Shown: positions 25,131 to 38,214 of the stretch, piece after piece
Numbering within the stretch: the first letter of the stretch is position 1
Layout of the letters: every line of letters starts with the position of its first letter
Assembly: GCF_001194135.2 (NCBI RefSeq)
Contig: NC_068990.1
Location: forward strand, 18,662,248-18,726,247
Direction of reading: 5' to 3'
From: Octopus bimaculoides
Taxonomy: Eukaryota
Length of the DNA: 64,000 bases
Notes under the pieces: generated by a model
Told to the model about the DNA's origin: nothing
Seen by the model: only the letters and a program-made list of their open reading frames with translations
Databases searched by the model: none
Program-made: the position numbers and the translations under genes

Positions 25131-25390
25131 ATGTACAAAATCCTTGAAAAACTCGGTTTCACGGTAAAAGAGCAAAAGAAATTCACGCGAATTCTGCAAA
25201 ACCAATCTATTGGTAGCACAGTGAAGAATTCTTATGTGAATAGATGCACACACTTGGGTGTATGCATTGACATATCAACAAATACATCAATTTAACCATA
25301 TATTTACGAACGCCGCAAGCTCTCTTAACTCAAAAAGTCTTGTCGCTTTGTTAGCAACCGGCTAATTTGAATTTAGCTCAAAGAAAATTC
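25131..25390 (+). mobile_element. Possible C-terminal and 3' UTR fragment of an RLE-type (R4-like) LINE
   Basis: KILEKLGFTVKEQKKFTRILQNQSIGSTVK resembles the LGF...LQ.QSI.GTVK terminus I recall for RLE-bearing LINEs. This rests on memory only. Confidence 0.4.
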
Positions 25391-26701
25391 ATAGATACAT
25401 AATAGTTACGTATATTATGGCTACAACCCGATTCTTCTCTTAAAGAACCACGGACCTGGCTTTTCACACTTTTCAGGGACCTACACACTTTTACACACAT
25501 ATGGTAGCGATGGGAACACCTTGTAATAGGTCTTCAGAGAGAACACATATCTGCATTCTATTTTGGAAGATTTCATCGAGGGTTTCGGCTTTTCATCGAG
25601 TGTTTTGTCTGTATAAGTGTATAAGCATATATGTTGATCGGTATACTTATGTGTGTACATAGAAGTATATATTCGCATATACGCATGTGTATATAGTTAC
25701 CAAAATTTGGGTATGTATATGTGAGTGCGTGTATGGGTATGTATGAGAAATATAAATAGGTTTTTGTGAAAGAATGTACGTGTGAGTTTCTGTACGTATA
25801 TGTGTGTACTTATCTGACCAATGAATATGTAAGATCGGCGTAGGAAATTCACATGTGCAACCAGCCACGAAGAACAAATCTGAGATACAGCCAAAGAGAA
25901 AGCAATACCACAGAAAGGCTAGCCTGTGCCACACACAACCTTCTATAATGATCAGAAAAGCGTGCTCTCACAGTTCGCAACATGAGAATATCGACCACAA
26001 TCAAATTCAAATTCAAAATGCTACAACCAGAGAGAATGGCCTTCAATACCAACATTTTAAGCTAACCGACACAACACTTGTATATCGCCTGAGGAAACAC
26101 AACTAGATCTCCTTATGCAAGCAAACTGTTGCATAATCAAATGCCTGTATTAATTGGAGAACTACGTTACGTCGAAACAATAGTAGTGAATAATAAATAA
26201 ACGTTCAAACGTACTCCCTCTCCTTGACTCCAATCTCTTCAATTTTATATTCACACACGTCGAATGCCCATTTTTGGGGCCGATATATGTAATAAGGTTA
26301 CCTATACTCTTGAGTTATTCTGGAGGTGGACCAGCTCTATACTGTACTCTAACACGTTCCTAACGGAATACATCATAACTATCTTTGTATGTATGTATGT
26401 ATGTATGTATGTATGTATGTATGTGCGTGTGTGTATGTATGCATGCATGTATGTATGTATGTATGTATGCATGTATGTACGTATGTGTGTGTTTCTGTGT
26501 GTACGTGAATGTGTATGACTATAGATATATATACATACACATTCATATATAGATATAGACGACTACGCGCACATACAATATATTTGCAGATGTATGTGTG
26601 AGTGCGTGTTTGTGTGTGCTTGTGTGTGTGTATGACAATATATGTATATTAATATATACACATGCACATGTATATGCCTACACACATAGACCCAATAGTT
26701 A

Positions 26702-26763
<62 letters not shown>

Positions 26764-27469
26764 AGCATAGCTGCACACGCATTCACGTAACCATGTAATA
26801 TCTTCACCACATGGCATGTAAATCTTCTTTCGTTACATTTTTTCTTCACACGCCAAACCCTAATTGTGTCATGGAAAAAGAAATTATTGCAACTCTTAAT
26901 TATAATTTTAGCATCAGCACAAACTCCGTTTGTTATTTCTGTTTAGCTTTTCTCTCGTATCAAATCAAGGCAAGAGAATTGCGCATGAAATCTTCATACG
27001 TCACCTTTAGTGTTGGTTATATTTAACTCAGTGTTACCAGGCAAACACTGTTGGTTGTACAAAATCGCAGTACGATTTTTGTCGAACGTATACCCTACTT
27101 AGCTAAATGTTATGGCCTGAATCGTCAAATTTCGTTTTCGAGAATTGTTTTTTTTTCTTTAGATACATTTCCTGTTCGGAATTCCTCTTGTAATATTCTT
27201 GTAAATTCAGTGTAGAAGACGTCTCTGTTGTTTTGATACACTTACGTACAGAACACACATATGCATATATCCCTATATACATACATACATACATACATTA
27301 CATACATACAAACGTACGTACGTAAGAAGCACTAACGGCAACAAGTCCACCGAAAATGAAATAGAAGTAATCTCTTATTTCAACGTAGAGTATTCAAGCT
27401 ATTCAGGGAGGATTTCTTTTTCTTTTATCTTCTTTGTTTCAGTTATTATATTGCGGCCAAGCTGGGGAA

Positions 27470-27650
27470 GTGCATAGAAGAATTTTTATTTGAATGAATC
27501 GACCCGATGGTTTACATGTTTTTTGTCTTCAGACCTGGTAGTATTCAGACTTTTTGCTGAACCGTTAAGTTATGGGTACGTAATCACAGCCATACTGGTG
27601 GTCATGTGATGGTAGGGAACAAACAGTACAAAGACACACACACACATACA
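27470..27650 (-). mobile_element. Decayed SINE family B, 3' half
   Basis: TTTTGCTGAACCGTTAAGTTATGGG.ACGTAA is the reverse complement of the family B CCCGTAACTTAGCGGTTCGGCAAAA motif. Confidence 0.65.
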
Positions 27651-27661
27651 CCTCATATATA

Positions 27662-28762
27662 CAGGGTGCGATGAATAAACTGCCGTCTAAATTACGCAAA
27701 AATTACAATAACACTGACATCTCATTTAAAAAGATATATTTAACAAAATTACTTCAGAATATTTTGAAATACTAAAGAGTAAATTTATTCAATAAAATCG
27801 CCATTGGCTTCAACCACGCCCTCCAGACGACTTCGGAATCTCCTGCAGCTCTTCTGAGCGGCCGCATTGTTTAAGTTGGTGAATGCGGCCATAATCATTG
27901 CCTTTAGTTCATCTTTGGTGTTGGTCTCTCGCTAAACTGCGCTCCATACATAATAATTAAGGGGGTTGCTGTCTGGGGAGTTAGGCGACCAGATGTTGGA
28001 GATTATATGGTCGCTGAAATTGTCTGATAACCATTACTGGGTTATCCTGATTGTGTGGCATGGTGCAGAATTTTGTCAGAACACCCTCTTGACCCAGGGT
28101 AGCACTACCTCCTCCAGGCACTTGATGTAGTCCTCCGAGTTGGGTCTGTGTGGGAAGATGAATGGAGGCATAACGTCGCTATCTCTAGTGATCATTCCAA
28201 ACACCATGATGTTGACTGGGTGTTTGATTTTTGTCACATGCTTTGGGAACATTACAAGTCAACGGTTGTTCTGTGTGTTCACTATGTGATCCTGGTAGAA
28301 GTTTTCCTCGTCTGAGAAAAATATCTGATCCTACCAGAAATTTTTCTCATCTGAGAAAAACCAAAGCATGTTCGGTTGGAGGTGGGGGTGCTTGCGTTTG
28401 TTCAAAAGATTCGTAGCGCGGTTTTTCCTCTTGTCCTTGATGGCTTGAGATAAAAATTGGCCCTTTCTCATCTTGTATAAGGAATGCAGAATGCCTTCAT
28501 GCACTACCTGCCTGATAAGAAACTCAGACACTCCTATATCCCTGGCGATGGACCTGGTTGATTTGGAGGGATCGCTTTATTTCCAACGATTTGATCAACA
28601 ACGTGATATTTACATATTTTTGATAACATCTTGTTTGTGTGTACAGCAGTGATTGTCTTCTGACTTTCTACTGTAGGAAATTAAGTATATCTAAGTTAGA
28701 AGTAACTGAAATAATTCTTTAGTGCATACGAGATAGGCAGTAAATGCTTATTTCACCCACTG
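27662..28762 (-). mobile_element. Tc1/mariner-superfamily (maT, DD37D-like) transposon relic with an inactive transposase
   Basis: The left end is TA|CAGGGTGCGATGAATAAACTGCC and the right end is degenerate (GGCAGTAAAT..CACCCACTG). The minus strand encodes LWFFSDEKNF, then WSPNSPDSNPLNYYVWSAV and ...RLEGVVEANGDFIE, with stops and indels. Confidence 0.85.
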
Positions 28763-29838
28763 CTTCCAAGCCACAATAGAATACAAACATACAGAAATTA
28801 TGCCAACCACAGCAATAGCTACACTCAATATATATGATATTTTTCACATATTTTCTGTCTTTATTTCTCGTATTTTCATTTCGCTTTTAACTCAACATTC
28901 CAAATTATTTGCGGAACGAACCAATTTATAGTAATATACTGTAAATTCATGGCATTTAATTCAGATGCCACTCTTTTCAAAATATGTTTTTTCTGATTAT
29001 TAAACAATATAGAGACCACAGATGTCGAGTTAATTTCAAAAACTCATATTTGTAAATATACTTTTCAAATGTAAATTGTATATAATTCCGGTTATGTTAG
29101 TCAATGATAATATCAAATTAATTCCATTTGGCTAATATAAATAAAATGGAATTATATAGAAAATCACGTATTGAAAACTTTCCCTAATGCATCACCGATA
29201 TATATGAAGTGAAGTATTACTTGGAATAGAAATCATGTACTTCCTTTCTTATACTGGAAATATTCAGAAACAAGAGAAGTAGTTGCATGGTTTGAGGCTT
29301 TGAAATTTTGCTGCTCAAGTGGTGTTGATTTAAAAAGAATCCAATTATTTCAAAAATGTAATGGGATGATATTAATGTTACGCATTTTAATTAAAATAGG
29401 TATTAAAGGCGTTGAGAGTGTTGTTCCGAACTTTTTTTATATATTAATCTCCTTTTTTGTTTCTCTGATAACTGAATTGAATAAACTCTCCAGGTGGTTT
29501 GAATTGAAAATCCTTTTGGGTTAAAGGTACATAATTCAACTTAATAATTAAGGCGAAATCGGCACCAATTTGTCTGGAAAGAAATATAGACATAAACGTG
29601 AGATAGATAAGCGTGTTTATTCATAATCTATCTAATTTTGTTTCTTTCATTTCCGTCTAAGACTATGCAAACCAACACCACAGGGCGGATCAGAATATTC
29701 AAAAGAAAACAGAAAGTCGGTTCTGATTTCGGTTTCCGTTATATTTGGAAAACCTGATAACTAATAATTCATTTATTTCTACTTGGTTTACGCTATTTCC
29801 GTCTACCTTACACTTCATTTGATATTATTTGTAAAGAA

Positions 29839-30048
29839 TGGGCGGCGAGCTGGTAGAATCGTTAGCGCGCTGGACGAAATGCTTAGCGGTATTTCGCCCG
29901 TCACTACGTTCTGAGTTCAAATTCCGCCGAGATCGACTTTGCCTTTCATCATTTCAGGGTCGATGAAATAAATACCAGTTACGTACCAGTTGATGAAATC
30001 GACCATCACCTCCACCAAATTGCAGGCCTTGTGCCTATAGTAGAAAAG
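29839..30048 (+). mobile_element. Full-length SINE family A with a 15-bp TSD
   Basis: The head GGCGGCGAGCTGGTAGAATCGTTAGC has a B box GAGTTCAAATTCC, followed by the Deu/Nin-like GACTTTGCCTTTCATC..GGGTCGATGAAATAA. The flanks are ATTAT(T/C)TGTAAAGAA at 29824-29838 and 30049-30063. Confidence 0.9.
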
Positions 30049-30600
30049 ATTATCTGTAAAGAAATATGCATATATATACATTCTTTTATTCTCTTAGTCA
30101 GGTAAAGCATGTGTCGCAGTTTCGGTTCCCAGTCATTGAATTTAGGTCCCTTTTGTTTCTAATAGGACAAAAACATTCATAAAACAAAGTAGAATAAATA
30201 TTTAAAATCAATTTGAGAAACGCTGTAATAAAGAAGAATGTTGCTACAGTTTCACTGTTCCACTGGCATTAGTTCTCAAAAGCCGTTACCTACATTTTAG
30301 AGAAGAAATGTTTTGTTGAAAGGGGTTGTTTAAATAGAAAGAAAACTCTCATACGAAAAATTAGCAAATGCAACCAGGTTAGATGTAAACTATCTGATCA
30401 AAGATCCTAATTTTCTTTTAATAAACGGATGATGCAATATTCCTCCATTTTTCAGTTGATGCTTTTGTTTAGACCCGTATTGTACCGCTAATTAACTTTA
30501 ATACGGGGATGAAAGTTGTTTAGGGAGTGCAAGCCCTGGTCCAAATTCTTTTACAAACAAAGCCGATCTTTTCAAACATGATATCAAGTCAAACATGCAT

Positions 30601-30808
30601 AATTATCTCTTCTGTTATAGGCTCAAGATTCGAAATTTTGGGGAAGGGGTTAGTCGATTACATCGACTCCAGTACACAACTGGTACTTATTTCATCGTTC
30701 CCGAAAAGATGAAAGGCAATATTAATCTCGACGGAATTTGAACTCAGAACGTAAAGAAGGACGAAAAAATTTTGTTCGGCGTGCTAACGATTTTGCCAGC
30801 TCGCTACC
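30601..30808 (-). mobile_element. SINE family A
   Basis: It is a reverse-complement match to 29839-30048 along its whole length. Confidence 0.85.
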
Positions 30809-31909
30809 ATAAGCACAGGAATAATAATAATAATAATTATTATTATATTTGTACAACAATCAAATCAGATAAAGGCAATAATAAAAAAGTAATATTTTAA
30901 ATCAGTCCAAAAATGTTTCTACACTTCTTCACTTTGGCGATGAAGGTTTTCATAATGATGCCCAAGACATTTTCATTGCTCCACCAAACATTTTAGTGAG
31001 TTCGCTTGCACCCCTTGTTACCGAGCCTATGCTATGCAAGTTAGGCACATCAATGAGTAAGAGTATCATATTACCGTCCTAGTTCTATCACTTCAGACAT
31101 AATGTCTCCAATCCCTTTTATTCAATGCGGCCTTCCTTTTCTTTAGACTCTAAACTATGGTTTGAAAAAAAAACAAAAAAAAACAAAAAAAAACATTTCA
31201 CTGCTATTCTCTCTATTGTTGTTTAGCTACAGATCAACCCCGCCTTATCAACCGTATTCCAATCTTGATCACTCAGTATTATTCCTAAAAGCATATCAAG
31301 GGCTACATTATTGGATGTGGTTTTCCTATCTTTAAGACTTTATAGATTAGTATTTCAAGGGTATGTTATATCGGATAAGGCAGTACCTAACATAGTGTAC
31401 GACTCGACATTTACATTATTATCTCAGTAAATATCAGGTTAAGCTGTAGCCTAATCTCAGTCTCATGGTTCGTGAAGTGTTTAATGATATATTTTATCCA
31501 CCTAAAGAATGACTGAACAATTTTGGAAAATACCTGTTTTCTATTGAAACATTTCTTTAAAATGTTTTCCAATATCAGTTACACATTCTTCATATAATGA
31601 GCACATCACCAAGCATATTGTTTTCCCCATTCTCTTACCGAATTTCCAAACAATGCAAAAGTATTAGAAACCTTGTATAATTTTCTCAAACTATTTGCCT
31701 GTACGACATTGCCGATTATTGTAATGTAGACAACTCGTTTTTTTTCGTGTAATGCGAAGTAAAAAGTACTTTGATTTAAATTAAGTGAAATTTGTTTTGT
31801 TTTGACACCTTACGCAGTTTTCCTGAGAGTCATTATTTTACGTTCATTTATTCATTGGCACAGTAACTATATACGATTTGCAATTATAAAAACAAATATT
31901 AACATACCT

Positions 31910-31949
<40 letters not shown>

Positions 31950-33512
31950 AGCAAAAATAAATACAAAAAAGGTGAGTTTTTTGTATGATATATTATTTTG
32001 TTTAAAAGAGTTCCAACACTGTCTGTTTGTTATGTTTTATTTATATTCCTGCAGAACCAATGTGGGGTATAGAATATGGAATATACAATATATAATATAA
32101 AATAAAATAAAATAAAAATGGATGGCACCATGAAAGAAAGTATTGAATGTAGATGGAATATTGAGTGTATATAAAGANNNNNNNNNNNNNNNNNNNNNNN
32201 NNNNNNNNNNNNNNNNNNNNNNNNNNNNNNNNNNNNNNNNNNNNNNNNNNNNNNNNNNNNNNNNNNNNNNNNNNNNNNNNNNNNNNNNNNNNNNNNNNNN
32301 NNNNNNNNNNNNNNNNNNNNNNNNNNNNNNNNNNNNNNNNNNNNNNNNNNNNNNNNNNNNNNNNNNNNNNNNNNNNNNNNNNNNNNNNNNNNNNNNNNNN
32401 NNNNNNNNNNNNNNNNNNNNNNNNNNNNNNNNNNNNNNNNNNNNNNNNNNNNNNNNNNNNNNNNNNNNNNNNNNNNNNNNNNNNNNNNNNNNNNNNNNNN
32501 NNNNNNNNNNNNNNNNNNNNNNNNNNNNNNNNNNNNNNNNNNNNNNNNNNNNNNNNNNNNNNNNNNNNNNNNNNNNNNNNNNNNNNNNNNNNNNNNNNNN
32601 NNNNNNNNNNNNNNNNNNNNNNNNNNNNNNNNNNNNNNNNNNNNNNNNNNNNNNNNNNNNNNNNNNNNNNNNNNNNNNNNNNNNNNNNNNNNNNNNNNNN
32701 NNNNNNNNNNNNNNNNNNNNNNNNNNNNNNNNNNNNNNNNNNNNNNNNNNNNNNNNNNNNNNNNNNNNNNNNNNNNNNNNNNNNNNNNNNNNNNNNNNNN
32801 NNNNNNNNNNNNNNNNNNNNNNNNNNNNNNNNNNNNNNNNNNNNNNNNNNNNNNNNNNNNNNNNNNNNNNNNNNNNNNNNNNNNNNNNNNNNNNNNNNNN
32901 NNNNNNNNNNNNNNNNNNNNNNNNNNNNNNNNNNNNNNNNNNNNNNNNNNNNNNNNNNNNNNNNNNNNNNNNNNNNNNNNNNNNNNNNNNNNNNNNNNNN
33001 NNNNNNNNNNNNNNNNNNNNNNNNNNNNNNNNNNNNNNNNNNNNNNNNNNNNNNNNNNNNNNNNNNNNNNNNNNNNNNNNNNNNNNNNNNNNNNNNNNNN
33101 NNNNNNNNNNNNNNNNNNNNNNNNNNNNNNNNNNNNNNNNNNNNNNNNNNNNNNNNNNNNNNNNNNNNTGTATAACAGACCCATTTTTAATCATTTATAA
33201 GCAACAATAATTCTTAAATCAAAATTGGTGGTCTAGTAAACAAGTTTCGGAATTCGCTTCAACGCACATAACATAAAATTATGTTAATCCTCCTTTGAAA
33301 TAAATGTATGCCTTTACTTGTATTACAACTAATCACGCTTCTTGACAATATTTTCCTGCCTTAAACCACGCATGCGCACAAACACTAACAACCCCACCCC
33401 AACACTAAAACACACCCACACACTAACACACACACAGTCCCTGACGCGCACACACAAACACACACACACATACACACACACGTACACGCAGACACGCACG
33501 TACACACATATG

Positions 33513-33674
33513 GGCGCTGGCGTGGCTGTATTGTAAAAAGTTTGCTTTCCAACCGCGTAGTTCTTGGTGCAGTCCCACTGCGTTGCCTCTTGGCAAAGTT
33601 TCTTCCACTACAGATTCAAACCGATCTAAGAGTTGCAAGTGGATTTGGCAGAAGGACACTAAAAGTAGTCCGCC
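33513..33674 (+). mobile_element. SINE family B, 5' half
   Basis: GGCGCTGGCGTGGCTGT..CAGTCCCACTGCGT..TTGGCAAAG..AGTGGATTTGGCAGA. Confidence 0.7.
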
Positions 33675-33724
33675 AGATGTCATGCTTAACCGCTAGCTCC
33701 AAAAGTTTTATTTTATTCTCTCTC

Positions 33725-33864
33725 TCTGTTTATTTCCTTGTGTTCCTCTCTGTTGAAGAGCATAGGCTCGAAACATAAAAGACTTTCACACCTTCTCAAA
33801 CATTAAACTAATACACCCGTTTGTTGTTTATACATCAGTCTTCGTCTTTTGTTTTTCTATAATT
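33725..33864 (+). mobile_element. Probable Penelope-like terminal fragment with a hammerhead-like motif
   Basis: CUGUUGA-A-GAGC(AUAG)GCUC-GAAAC-AUA-AAAGAC at 33750-33783 has a perfect 4-bp stem II between core-like heptamer and GAAA. It is truncated by an N gap. Confidence 0.45.
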
Positions 33865-34092
33865 NNNNNNNNNNNNNNNNNNNNNNNNNNNNNNNNNNNN
33901 NNNNNNNNNNNNNNNNNNNNNNNNNNNNNNNNNNNNNNNNNNNNNNNNNNNNNNNNNNNNNNNNNNNNNNNNNNNNNNNNNNNNNNNNNNNNNNNNNNNN
34001 NNNNNNNNNNNNNNNNNNNNNNNNNNNNNNNNNNNNNNNNNNNNNNNNNNNNNNNNNNNNNNNNNNNNNNNNNNNNNNNNNNNNNNNNNNNN

Positions 34093-34142
34093 TTGTGAGT
34101 GGATTTGGCAGACGGAAACTGAAAGAAGCCCGTCGTATTCAT

Positions 34143-34209
<67 letters not shown>

Positions 34210-34390
34210 TGTTTTTGTCTGTGTTTGTCACCCGCAACATCGTTTAGGTCCCCGTAACTTAGCGGTTCGGCAAAAGACACCGATAGAATAAGTACTAGGC
34301 TTACAAAGAATAAGTACTGGGGTTGATTTGCTCGACTAATGGTGGGGATACAGCTTGGCCGCAGTCAAATGACTAAAACAAATAAAAGCT
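34093..34390 (+). mobile_element. SINE family B, middle and 3' part, with an internal (TA)n(TG)n tract
   Basis: It is well conserved: TTGTGAGTGGATTTGG..GAAGCCCGTCG, the microsatellite, then CCCCGTAACTTAGCGGTTCGGCAAAAG..GGCCGCAGTCAAATGACT. A second decayed tail follows at about 34395-34490. Confidence 0.9.
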
Positions 34391-34634
34391 TAAAACAAAT
34401 TAAGTCCTGGAATGGATCTTTTGGAATAAATTGTTTCAAGGCGTTGCTTTAGCATGGCCGCAGGCTGATGACGGAAATAATTTAAGGAATTACTCTGTAC
34501 TCCCTGAGCAAAAACAAAATGTTAAAATAGGTGTCTACATTTCGTAACTTAGACAAGATGGGTGCTTCCAAAAACACATACGGGTATGTCTTCGTTTTTT
34601 TTATCCTAACATTGTATACAGCAACTATCAGTTA

Positions 34635-34700
34635 GGACTGATACCCGGAACCATGTGGTTGGTAAGCAAGCTACTTACCACACAGCCACTCCTGCGCCTG
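34635..34700 (-). mobile_element. SINE family B, tRNA-like head only
   Basis: The minus strand reads CAGGCGCAGGAGTGGCTGTGTGGTAAGTAGCTTGCTTACCAACCACATGGTTCCGGGT.TCAGTCC. Confidence 0.8.
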
Positions 34701-35360
34701 TTGAAGTATTTAGAACGTATACAATGACATCTGCATATTCGGTATTCTCATATCTTTTCTAGGGAACATATTGATTTTCTATTTGGATACATAACCATTA
34801 ATACCACTAAAACCACTTTTATTATAGTGTATATTGACACACAAAGAAGGCAGTCTTTCATTGCTTCTTATGTCTTTAAGCTGGATATTTACTTTGCCTG
34901 TTAATTTCTCTCAACTAATCTCTCCATCTTTTTGATTCTCTATCACATTTTATTAATATTTCTCAATATATATGCTGATTCATGAGTTTCTTCAATTGAA
35001 GTCACTATCTATATTGTATAAACCTATCAACCATTTTGAATTTGTCACGACTTTCTAATTAATCTTATACAATCCAGTTTCCCTTTATCATGACTAATTC
35101 AACTTTAATCCTTCTCCTCCATTTCATGTTCTCTTTGAGACTATAAATCAGCAAAAGATATCTACTCTGTAACCACCTACATCGTCTTTATTCATAATTG
35201 TTTACACGCACACACACACGAACAATTATGTATGCTTTTCTATTGTGAAGCCTCTCCCGCACAAATTAAAATTAAGCCTAAAACGGTAATTTCTTGATAA
35301 TAAATCCCCAGGTCGTAAACAATAACAAATAATCATTTTGACAACGTGTAATCTGTACAA

Positions 35361-35475
<115 letters not shown>

Positions 35476-35767
35476 AAGTGAGGTTCTACCAATTGTCATT
35501 TGAGCTTTAGAAACAACAATGAAAAGTCTCAAAGAGTGGGTAGAAACGATTGACTTGCAGAAGCACATAGAATAGTAATATATGCAAATGGTCTGCTTGT
35601 TAGAAATGACGAAGGCCATACACAATCTCTTGGCGGCTGAATTCGCCGGTGATAACTATTTATCTAAGTGTAAAGCTACCTAAATTCAAAAGAGATACAA
35701 AGAATTCTGAAATAGATAAAAAATAATCTTTCCTAGTATGGGCACAAGGCCTCAAATTTTGAGGGAC

Positions 35768-36375
35768 CTATTCTGTAGGATTTTACTCCACTTCAAACAC
35801 TTTGCAAAGTTGTTTTTCAAAGTAGTGGTTTTCTGATTGCAGCCCTCCGTGAAATCTGCCTTTGTGCAGCTCTCGGCGAACAGTTTTTGTGGAAACTGGG
35901 TTCCCGAGGTGGTCATTAAGCTATGCAACAATTTTGGAAGCTGTATTTTTGTGATCCATTCTAACAATTAGCTTAAAAGTCCGACGCTCCCTATCTGAAA
36001 GTTTTGGTTTTCTTCCAGAGTTTTGTTTCGACGAGGAGGTTTCCCCACCTTTCTCAAAAGCTGTCATTACTTTCGAGACAGTACTTGTTGATACACCAAA
36101 CATTTCGGCTGTTATCGTTAGGCTATCACCTACCATACGCGCACCAATAATTTGACCTCTTTGAAAGTCCGATAGTTCTGTCATTTTAATGAATTTTATT
36201 TACATTTTTCTGCTGATATTTGAAAAGAATCTTCAATTTTAGAAAAAAACATACTAAGCAACACTAATAATAAATAAAAGAACATAAAAATAAACAAGCT
36301 TTTGACGGTTTTATAGATATTTCAAAATTATGATGCTATGATGCTCGGTGTTTCCATTATTTTGTCCAAACCCTG
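35768..36375 (-). mobile_element. 5' half of a Tc1-like transposon (TIR plus N-terminal HTH region; the DDE domain is missing)
   Basis: The terminus is TA|CAGGGTTTGGACAAAATAATGGAAACACC. The ORF MTELSDFQRGQIIGARMVG..GVSTSTVSKV..NSGRKPKLS.R.RR continues after a frameshift as ..NPVSTKTVRRELHK..GRAAIRKPL. It is truncated against a family A SINE tail (35723-35767). Confidence 0.9.
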
Positions 36376-36661
36376 TATATAATTACAGTGTGCACATCAT
36401 ATGTGTATGTTGTTTCTCATAAGCATATGCGTGTATACTTACAAAAGTTATATACATATCTAACTTGTGTTCACATGTCAGTAAATGTCAAATATTTTTG
36501 AATTCTCACGAGGAGATATACAAGTTGTCGTATAACAGAAACTTTATTTGACACAAATCTCATCTTAATGTCATTTCATAGGTTCTTCTCTTCCCATACC
36601 ACTTCTCTCACAAAGCGCTTTACACAACCGAACTAAAAATCAAAAGGAAAAACACTCGGAC

Positions 36662-36697
<36 letters not shown>

Positions 36698-36815
36698 CGC
36701 TGTAAAACGTTTTCTATATTGATACGATACATGCGTGGGAATCCAAAGCTAAGTTATGATTATAAAAATATAACATAGAAGAAGAATACACGGAAACAAT
36801 GCAAACCATATCTAT

Positions 36816-37047
36816 CTTTTTATTGCCAACAAGGGGCTAAACATAGAGGGGACAAACAAGAACACACAAAGGCAAATAGTCGATTACATCGACCCCAGTA
36901 AGCAACTGGTAGTTATTTAATTGACCCCAGAAGAGTGAAAAGCAAAGTCGACCTCGGCAGAATTTGAACGCAGAACGTAACTGCAGACGAAATACTGCGA
37001 AGCATTTCGCCCGGCGTGCTAACAATTCTGCCAGCTCGCCGCCTTTG
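36816..37047 (-). mobile_element. Near full-length SINE family A (long-tail variant)
   Basis: It has the head GGCGGCGAGCTGGCAGAA and the Deu/Nin-like body. The flanks AAACCATATCTAT and AAACCGTATATAT are TSD-like. Confidence 0.9.
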
Positions 37048-37459
37048 AAACCGTATATATTAAATACTACTTCCTTCAAATCATCCATCATAAGTTTCTG
37101 TTTCAAGCACTTTTAGGTATATACACAAAATAACGTTCCACCCCCTCCCCCCACACAAAACACACAAACACACACACATACGCAAACACACACATCATTT
37201 TCATCAAGTGGGCAAATTAGAAAAGATTAAAAATTCATTTGTTTAATGTAGCAAACCGGAATCAGTATGTGACATACATCTAGTTAGCAGGTTGCTAATT
37301 TATAAACGACCATTATCGGGATAAGTTATCGAAAAACACTACGTAAATGAATCAAAAATATAAAATACAACGGGAAGTAGTTCTGATATTGATAAAGAAA
37401 TAAAATTTATATAATTATGCATCTATGTATCTCTGTGTGCACGTAAGAATATGTAAATG

Positions 37460-37497
<38 letters not shown>

Positions 37498-37936
37498 CAC
37501 CTGACACTTGCATTATTGTCTGTATAATACACTCACACAGTCAGACAAAGAAGAATATATATATATATATATATATTAACATATATATATTGATATTTAT
37601 TGAAACTGCTCTCTCTTTTCTCTCTCTCTATCATACACATATAGAAGTACACGTATACGAGAAAGAGCTGAAACGTTCACAGGCTGACTATGATACTACA
37701 GCTGTGAAGTCTTGCATGCAATAATTTCAAAATCTTGTTAATAACTGCATTGTTTCTTGCCGGGTAAACAGAAATCTGACTGCTCAAATAAGACTCAAAT
37801 GTAACTTGCAGCGACTTTTCTTGGATACGGACAAAATTTGGCATCGTTGTGTTATCAAGTGTTTACAGAAAAGGGGTTTAGCTCCCAAGGTAATCTAAGC
37901 TGATATGGTTGCTACATTTTCTTTACCCGGCTTTAG

Positions 37937-38012
37937 TTACGTAACGTGATATTTTGGCTTTATTTACGTAACGTGATATTTCAGTTTTATTTACGTAACG
38001 TGATATTTCAGT
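37937..38012. repeat. 27-bp tandem repeat, about 3 copies, each with palindromic TTACGTAA
   Basis: The units TTACGTAACGTGATATTT start at 37937, 37964 and 37991. Confidence 0.95.
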
Positions 38013-38214
38013 TGCCATTAAAAATTGTGACACATCCTCTAGAGGCAGAGATATTTTCAGTAAATCTTGAATTTATGTTCTACGCATTTTAATATAAACT
38101 TATTCGTCTATTTTGTTCATGTAGATGTCACTAGATCACACTGAGTTACTCTTTTAGCTCAAGTTTTAAAGACTTATTTCAGTTATATCAATTAAAAGAG
38201 GCCTTCAAATTCAC

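Noticed and set aside
29839-29930. tRNA-like sequences at the SINE heads as tRNA genes
   Set aside because: They lack an acceptor stem and poly-T terminator and continue into SINE bodies.
37937-38012. Short tandem repeats (also 57283-57348) as a CRISPR array
   Set aside because: There are no unique spacers, no cas genes, and the context is eukaryotic.
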